From: Candidatus Thorarchaeota archaeon
GTDB lineage: Archaea > Asgardarchaeota > Thorarchaeia > Thorarchaeales > Thorarchaeaceae
Assembly (NCBI GenBank): GCA_048882385.1
Contig: JBHLRQ010000089.1
Span: forward strand, 1-12,108
Length of the DNA: 12,108 nucleotides
Direction of reading: 5' to 3'
The translations under genes and the position numbers were made by a program. The notes beneath the pieces are model-generated. The model was not told where the DNA came from and searched no databases. It saw nothing but the letters and a program-made list of their open reading frames with translations. Shown here one piece after another: positions 7,169 through 12,108 of this stretch. Numbering within the stretch: position 1 is the first letter of the stretch; the number at the start of each line of letters is the position of its first letter.

Positions 7169-8703
7169 ACACCCCCATCAGCTATTTCAGCAACCAGAGG
7201 TTTCGACTTTGCCTGGATGTGAGTACTTGCGATGATACTCTCTGTATAAGAGGATTCCATCTTGACAGCAATGGTTGGACTAAGTGCTCCAAACTCAAGA
7301 GAATGTTTGAACTCACCATTACTCGCACCAACTGCGTCATCAAAAGCTCTTGCGAATTCAACTAATTCAACATCGTTCTGAAACATTGCTGAGATTGTGT
7401 AATGAGCGTGACTACCTTTGATTGTGCCCATGACAGTGTAGTCAAGTAGTTGAGCACCGGTCTTTGTACATGCCGCAGAGATACCCTCGTTGACATGGGC
7501 ATCGGATATCTTCTCACCAGCGAGATTGACAATTCTACCTTTTCTCCCGATTCTGTGAACTGAGAAAGGATTTGTGTCAATGAAGGTAAGCATGTCACCA
7601 ATTCGATATCGCGTGTATCCCATCATGTTTGTGAGGACAATCTCATATCTGTGTCCTTTCTTCACATCTGATAGCGGAACTACCTTTGGATCATCCTTGT
7701 TAATCTCATTCTCTGGAATGAACTCAAAGTAGTTGATGTGTGGTAACAACTGTATTCCATTGTCTGTATGCTTCAATAGAGTTGTGCCGTAGATACCTTC
7801 TGATCCTGCATAATTATCCCAAAGTGTAGCTTTCGGTAGCGTTTCTTTGAGCCAAGATTTGTAGGGATCTGCATCAATGCCTGTCGCTCCGATCATGATG
7901 AGGTTTGGCCAGAGGATCTCTAGGTTCAAAGTACCATCATCATTGAGAGCATCGCGGACTCGTTTCTCATGCTTGGTGCCCTTGAACTCCTCGAGGAGAC
8001 TTGGTCCATATTCATTCTGCATTTTGCGGATGAATGAAATCGCTAATGTAGTGATCCCAGCCAAAGAAGTTACATTCTCTTGAACGCCATACTTTGCATA
8101 AGCCCATAATTTTTGTCCAATATCTGTCATATTGAAGACATCTTCACCTGGTTTGATGAGCTTCTTTAGAAGCGCGTTGGCAATCATCTCTCGAGAGATT
8201 CCGGTCATGTAGCCGAGCGGGACTCCATTCAACTCTCCCAGCCGTGCAGGAGCTGCAAATGTAACCATTGTGCCATCGAAGACTTTGTTATTACCTCTCT
8301 TCGCATTGATGAACGACATCAGAAACAACATACTTGCAGCGGAGTAATCAGCCAATCCAGCCTTGCTTATTGGCAGTGCTTTCGGTTTTCCAGTGGACCC
8401 ACTACTCTGAACGTACCAGATTGTTGGATCTGCAGTGACAATCGGGCTCTCAGGACTTGCATGTACTTGTTCCCAATAGGGTTGCATAGATGCATAGTCA
8501 TAGAGTGGGACTGTTTCACTAAATTGCTCAGGTGTCTTGATAGTGGCGAAATTGTGATTCTTACCAAACATAGTGTGGCTGTGGGTATCAAGAATCGACA
8601 TGAGCTTGGCTTCTGTTAGTTCAATCGGGTTGTTCAAAATCTCCGCGATTGTCTTTGCCTTCCTCTTCGCCAATAATGGAATTAACTTGCTGATGACTCC
8701 CAT
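7165..8703 (-). CDS. GH3-family (acyl-acid-amido-synthetase-like) adenylate-forming enzyme
   Basis: P-loop QSSGSTGKPK, YAGSEG, YFEFIP, YEIVLTN...RYRIGD and GR...LAGEK, plus the GH3-type N-terminus (HTMFGKNHNF...VPLYDY). SD GGAGGGGTG upstream. Confidence 0.9.
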   Translation of the reverse strand: MGVISKLIPLLAKRKAKTIAEILNNPIELTEAKLMSILDTHSHTMFGKNHNFATIKTPEQFSETVPLYDYASMQPYWEQVHASPESPIVTADPTIWYVQSSGSTGKPKALPISKAGLADYSAASMLFLMSFINAKRGNNKVFDGTMVTFAAPARLGELNGVPLGYMTGISREMIANALLKKLIKPGEDVFNMTDIGQKLWAYAKYGVQENVTSLAGITTLAISFIRKMQNEYGPSLLEEFKGTKHEKRVRDALNDDGTLNLEILWPNLIMIGATGIDADPYKSWLKETLPKATLWDNYAGSEGIYGTTLLKHTDNGIQLLPHINYFEFIPENEINKDDPKVVPLSDVKKGHRYEIVLTNMMGYTRYRIGDMLTFIDTNPFSVHRIGRKGRIVNLAGEKISDAHVNEGISAACTKTGAQLLDYTVMGTIKGSHAHYTISAMFQNDVELVEFARAFDDAVGASNGEFKHSLEFGALSPTIAVKMESSYTESIIASTHIQAKSKPLVAEIADGGV

Positions 8704-9073
8704 TCAGAACACCCCTCCATGCGAATCTGAATGATAGAGTGAAACAAATCTCATCCTAAGACCTGAGTTATATCTCGTGTTCGACATCTTCGTCTTGCCT
8801 CCATCTGGTTCATAGGACGTTTCCTATGCACCATCTCAGAAAATAACACGATAACACAATACTAGTGTCCTCTGTAGAGAGGTTCTTTCAGGTATGATGA
8901 GTCTGATTTTAAAAGAAAGACAATATAATGGTTCTAATTGGCTTGATTAATGCTTTAAACGGTTATTTGTTTCAATTCAAAGTTATTACTGTCTTTTCAA
9001 ATAGTGATTATGTCGTTTTGTGCAATAGTAAAATAGCTGGGAATTAGTTTTCATATGCTCTATTTTCGAACGT

Positions 9074-9085
9074 CACTGCGCAGTG
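9074..9085. promoter_or_regulatory. Perfect 12-bp palindrome CACTGCGCAGTG in the divergent intergenic region
   Basis: A GC-rich palindrome inside AT-rich DNA, flanked by TCGAA (9066-9070) and TTCGA (9088-9092). Confidence 0.4.
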
Positions 9086-9279
9086 TTTTCGATTCAGTTT
9101 CAAGGATTTTTGACGAATAGAAGATCAGAAATGCTGTACTGAAACTAAGTGGCATCACGACAAAAACATCTGCGAAAATAACATCTATTGCAGAAATCGA
9201 CTTACAAAATATCAATAGAGAATTATGAGTTCTTATTTATGTAAAAAATGTCACAATATTGCTTTAAAATATCATACAG

Positions 9280-9322
9280 AGATATATGAATGAATTTTAT
9301 TATGATTACTAGATATATGAAT
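9280..9322 (+). repeat. Direct repeat AGATATATGAAT x2, 31 bp apart, in the promoter region of the RadA-paralog operon
   Basis: Exact 12-mers at 9280-9291 and 9311-9322, with TATA-like CTTTAAAA at 9262-9269 just upstream. Confidence 0.6.
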
Positions 9323-9378
9323 TCAGATTGATGTCGAGGGAAGGAATCTTCAATTTTTGTTGGGTGTTCATACTCAAG

Positions 9379-10134
9379 ATGATAACACAACTCGAAGACC
9401 AATTATTGGCAGCATATCGAGAAGCCAAGGGCCAAGGCATGATAGATGTCACCTTACCGCTTCAAGTTATGTTTAGTAACACCGATAGAACCATCCTGAA
9501 GGCTCGACTTCGGTTTCATGGTCCAGATCGCGATGCTAGCTTGATCATGATCATCGGGTTACGGAGTGATATTCTATCTCCGTTTCAACGTTTTGAATAT
9601 GAGAGAAAAGGAAGATTCGCACCGTGTGATATCCCGGGAATAGTTCCTGGCTTTGCCCAGATGGTGACTTCAATCAATACAGGTCTGGCTCTGAGTGCAA
9701 TAGCAAAGGATGACGCAACAAGACTTGTTCTTGTGTTCGAGGGATTAGCAAACCGAAAGGGTGGAAGTCTTCGTGCACTTTCTGCATCAGTTCGTAACTA
9801 CTTCCAGAGATGGAGTGAATGGACTGATGTCTTAATGACAACAGTCCAGCGAGACCCGATAGTATCACATTGGAACTTGGATTGGCGAGAATTCTTGGCA
9901 GGTGAGTCAGGTTTCATCACAATGAGCTGGTTTCGACCTATGACTTTGGCAGAGAGAGAGATTGCGTTGCAACGAGTTGTGGCTGCATCTAAGGCTCTCT
10001 TGGCTTCTGTATTAAGTAGCAGCCAGATGAGAGACCCGATGATTCAGGGTCTACGGGATTGGTTGGAGAATCTTGAACCACTTCCCGAGGTTATCAATGG
10101 AGTTCAGGTTAGTGAAGAGGAGGTAGAGATCTAA
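9379..10134 (+). CDS. Hypothetical soluble protein (~251 aa), first gene of the RadA-paralog operon
   Basis: Long ORF with globular alpha/beta composition. I prefer ATG 9379 (GGGTG upstream) over TTG 9328, but the start is uncertain. The stop overlaps the next start (TAATG). No family recognised. Confidence 0.8.
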   Translation: MITQLEDQLLAAYREAKGQGMIDVTLPLQVMFSNTDRTILKARLRFHGPDRDASLIMIIGLRSDILSPFQRFEYERKGRFAPCDIPGIVPGFAQMVTSINTGLALSAIAKDDATRLVLVFEGLANRKGGSLRALSASVRNYFQRWSEWTDVLMTTVQRDPIVSHWNLDWREFLAGESGFITMSWFRPMTLAEREIALQRVVAASKALLASVLSSSQMRDPMIQGLRDWLENLEPLPEVINGVQVSEEEVEI

Positions 10135-10601
10135 TGCAAGTAGATGATTTCATTCAGAGTGTTCCTCGAACACCATTCAATATGCCGCAAATAGCCTGGC
10201 TGTCAGGCGCAGCTGCGGGATTGAATTTGTTTGGAAGAAGAAGTCCAAGCTGGTTGTGGGATTCATTCATAGATGACATCTTTGAGATGATTCATCTTGT
10301 TGGAGAAGTGGAACCTGTTGCTCCAGGATCATCTCCAAATGAAGGTGATGGCTTGATTGGCTCAGCCTATGACGCACTTGGCGGCTACATCAGTGTGGCT
10401 GGTGAAATAACACCTGAGGGATTATACTTCAGAGTGCCAGTGAATTGTCAGAAGAAGATCAAAGAATTGTTGAATGGTTTGACACTTCTAAAATCTCATG
10501 GAGAAATCCTGATCCCAGAGTGCGATGTACCTGCATTCCTAAGACTCGTTCCAATTGAGGGTCCATTGGCTGAATGGTTAGAAGAGGAGGAGATTCCATG
10601 A
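10134..10601 (+). CDS. Hypothetical acidic soluble protein (155 aa)
   Basis: SD GGAGGT precedes the ATG. TAATG overlap upstream and ATGA overlap downstream. No family recognised. Confidence 0.8.
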   Translation: MQVDDFIQSVPRTPFNMPQIAWLSGAAAGLNLFGRRSPSWLWDSFIDDIFEMIHLVGEVEPVAPGSSPNEGDGLIGSAYDALGGYISVAGEITPEGLYFRVPVNCQKKIKELLNGLTLLKSHGEILIPECDVPAFLRLVPIEGPLAEWLEEEEIP

Positions 10602-11680
10602 CCGAGCTCGAAGCTGTTCCTGGGATTGGTCCTGCTGTTGCGAAGAAGCTCCGTGAAGCGTTCGTGACAAATGCTGAGCTACTAGCTGTTCAAAACCCAA
10701 TTGAACTCATGAAACGAACAAAGCTTGGAGAAGGAACCACTGAGAAGATAATCAAGAATGCAAGATTACTTGTTGGGAAATTCGGTTTCCGCTCTGGTCT
10801 TGAGATTGAAAAGGAAATGGAGGAAAAACCTAGACTCACAACTGGAATCGAAAAGATAGATGCTGCACTCCGTGGCGGTATCGAGGTTGGTTCAATTGTC
10901 GAATTTTTTGGGCCAGCTCGAGGAGGGAAGACTCAATGGGTTTCGCAACTTGCAGTGACAGCCCAGCTTCCTTTAGAGAAGGGAGGTCTCGAGGGGCGTG
11001 TTCTTTGGCTTGACACAGAGAGTTCCTTTAAACCATGGACTATCCGAGCATTAGCGATAAGACATGAACTGGATCCAGACATAACACTGGGTAACATTGG
11101 AAGGGCGGAGGTAGTACTCTCAGGTCAGATAACTGAGATTTTTGAGAGCATTCCACAAATGTGCGCAGAACAAGACTACAAGCTTGTCGTGATTGATTCG
11201 TTCACCGGGCTTTTCCGAGCTGAATACACAGGTCTCGAAAACATGAGAATCAGACAACAAGATATGAACAACCTTCTGAACCAGATGAGGAGAACAGCAA
11301 CTGCTACTGAGGCGATATTTGCGTATACAAATCAGGTGATGTCCAAAATCTCTACATACGGTGGTAACCCAAACGCTCCAGTTGGAGGACACATTGTCTC
11401 TCATGCCAGTGATTATCGATTCTACACGAGGAGAACAAAGAGCGATATCAGGAAGATTGAGCTGCAAGATAACGCAGGATTGCCTGAGTTCGATGCTGAG
11501 CTTGTAGTGGGATGGGGAGGTCTCTTCCCAGACTCCAAGTCAAAGAAAGAGATCGAACCACAGGTCTTGGAGTATTTTGAGAAACGCGGCGAGAGTATTG
11601 ATGTTGATAGTGATGAGGCTCCGGAAGAAGATGAAACAGTCATAGAAGCTAAAACAGTTCCGGCAGGTGAGAGTGCGTGA
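10598..11680 (+). CDS. radA: RadA/Rad51-family recombinase, divergent paralog with N-terminal HhH domain and acidic tail
   Basis: HhH LEAVPGIGPAVAKKL, LTTG..IDAALRGGIE, Walker A GPARGGKTQ, LDTE, Walker B LVVIDS, FRAEY...RQQ, TNQV and PVGGHIVSHAS. The start is ATG 10598 (SD GGAGG 10586-10590; ATGA overlap), not 10574. Confidence 0.92.
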   Translation: MTELEAVPGIGPAVAKKLREAFVTNAELLAVQNPIELMKRTKLGEGTTEKIIKNARLLVGKFGFRSGLEIEKEMEEKPRLTTGIEKIDAALRGGIEVGSIVEFFGPARGGKTQWVSQLAVTAQLPLEKGGLEGRVLWLDTESSFKPWTIRALAIRHELDPDITLGNIGRAEVVLSGQITEIFESIPQMCAEQDYKLVVIDSFTGLFRAEYTGLENMRIRQQDMNNLLNQMRRTATATEAIFAYTNQVMSKISTYGGNPNAPVGGHIVSHASDYRFYTRRTKSDIRKIELQDNAGLPEFDAELVVGWGGLFPDSKSKKEIEPQVLEYFEKRGESIDVDSDEAPEEDETVIEAKTVPAGESA

Positions 11681-12108
11681 GCCGTGAACGGGGAATGTTC
11701 AGAATCTATCATTGTGCGAGATGTAACAATATAGGATATCTAGCTGTTGAAAGTGAGAATGAGGTCTCCTTCTGTAGCTTCTGTCGAGCTGTCATAGTCC
11801 ATGAAACTGGAATTGTATATGCAGTCACGAAACAAGAGGCACAATCTAGCGTTCGTGAGCTTGTAATTGAGTCGCATCTCTCAAAAAATAGACATGGTGG
11901 CAATGGACGAGGTCTTGGTCTCAAGCGACGTGTGTATAATATCATAGAGGCATTGGTCGATCTGAACAGAGGGCGTCCAGTTACCATTGAGAATGTAATA
12001 CGTGAATGTAGTGAAGCCAACATCGACTTGGGTCGTGCTATGAAGTTCTTGGACACTCTTGAATCTGAAGGTATGATCCTGAACGATGGAATATCAATAT
12101 CCTTGACA
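11677..12108 (+). CDS. Zn-ribbon plus C-terminal winged-helix protein (DUF1922/DUF5817-like architecture); 3' end outside the window and absent from the ORF track
   Basis: GTG overlaps the radA stop (GTGA), with SD AGGTGA at 11665-11670. The frame has 144 open codons: MSRERGMFRIYHCARCNNIGY...FCSFCRAV...KRRVYNIIEALVDLNRGRPVTIENVIRECSEANIDLGRAMKFLDTLESEGMI... Confidence 0.82.
   Translation, partial: MSRERGMFRIYHCARCNNIGYLAVESENEVSFCSFCRAVIVHETGIVYAVTKQEAQSSVRELVIESHLSKNRHGGNGRGLGLKRRVYNIIEALVDLNRGRPVTIENVIRECSEANIDLGRAMKFLDTLESEGMILNDGISISLT

Noticed and set aside
8894-8906. ATGATGA-GT-CTGA, resembling box C and box D of a C/D sRNA
   Set aside because: The boxes are only 2 nt apart, with no guide regions and no downstream D box at ~50 nt.
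8900-9330. AT-rich spacer as a replication origin
   Set aside because: I saw no repeated ORB elements (TTCCAGTGGAAAC with a G-string) and there is no adjacent orc1/cdc6. The only TTCCAGTGGA noticed is inside the GH3 CDS, where it encodes the P-loop.
10110-10601. Shared acidic C-termini (EEEVEI, EEEEIP) of the two orphan proteins as a common interaction motif
   Set aside because: They are largely explained by the GAGGAGG SD of the next gene being embedded in those codons.
694-11712. Other short nested or antisense ORFs in the track (e.g. 694-933, 2110-2298, 2921-3313, 3192-3494, 3265-3552, 3644-3883, 4743-4979, 5395-5679, 6339-6536, 6480-6683, 7362-7601, 7877-8083, 8367-8591, 9674-9868, 11120-11467, 11422-11712)
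   Set aside because: They overlap well-supported genes or promoter regions and show no motifs of their own.
11709-12056. 115-aa minus-strand ORF with RPRPRP
   Set aside because: It is the antisense shadow of the plus-strand Zn-ribbon/WH gene, which has an SD, a start overlap and coherent motifs.

Overview
This is an archaeal chromosomal window, as shown by two TFB/TFIIB genes, a RadA-type recombinase, BRE/TATA promoters and GGAGG/GGTGA ribosome-binding sites. An Asgard origin (for example Thorarchaeota-like) is plausible by inference from the Ras-like gene and the paralog content. In order, it holds: the 3' end of feoB, a 4-TM protein, a FeoC-like protein and a DtxR-family regulator (iron uptake operon); a degenerate Ras-like small-GTPase-fold gene that probably starts at CTG and ends in CGCSSS; two tandem TFB paralogs; a HAD phosphatase; a CPBP/CAAX-type intramembrane protease coupled to a 7-TM protein; and, on the minus strand, a GH3-family adenylating enzyme with a small membrane protein. 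A ~670 bp divergent intergenic region follows. The window ends with a tightly coupled operon of two unrecognised proteins, a divergent full-length RadA paralog and a Zn-ribbon/winged-helix protein that runs off the right edge. The best candidates for undescribed biology are the RadA-paralog operon and the pseudo-GTPase. I saw no CRISPR array, tRNA, rRNA or transposase.
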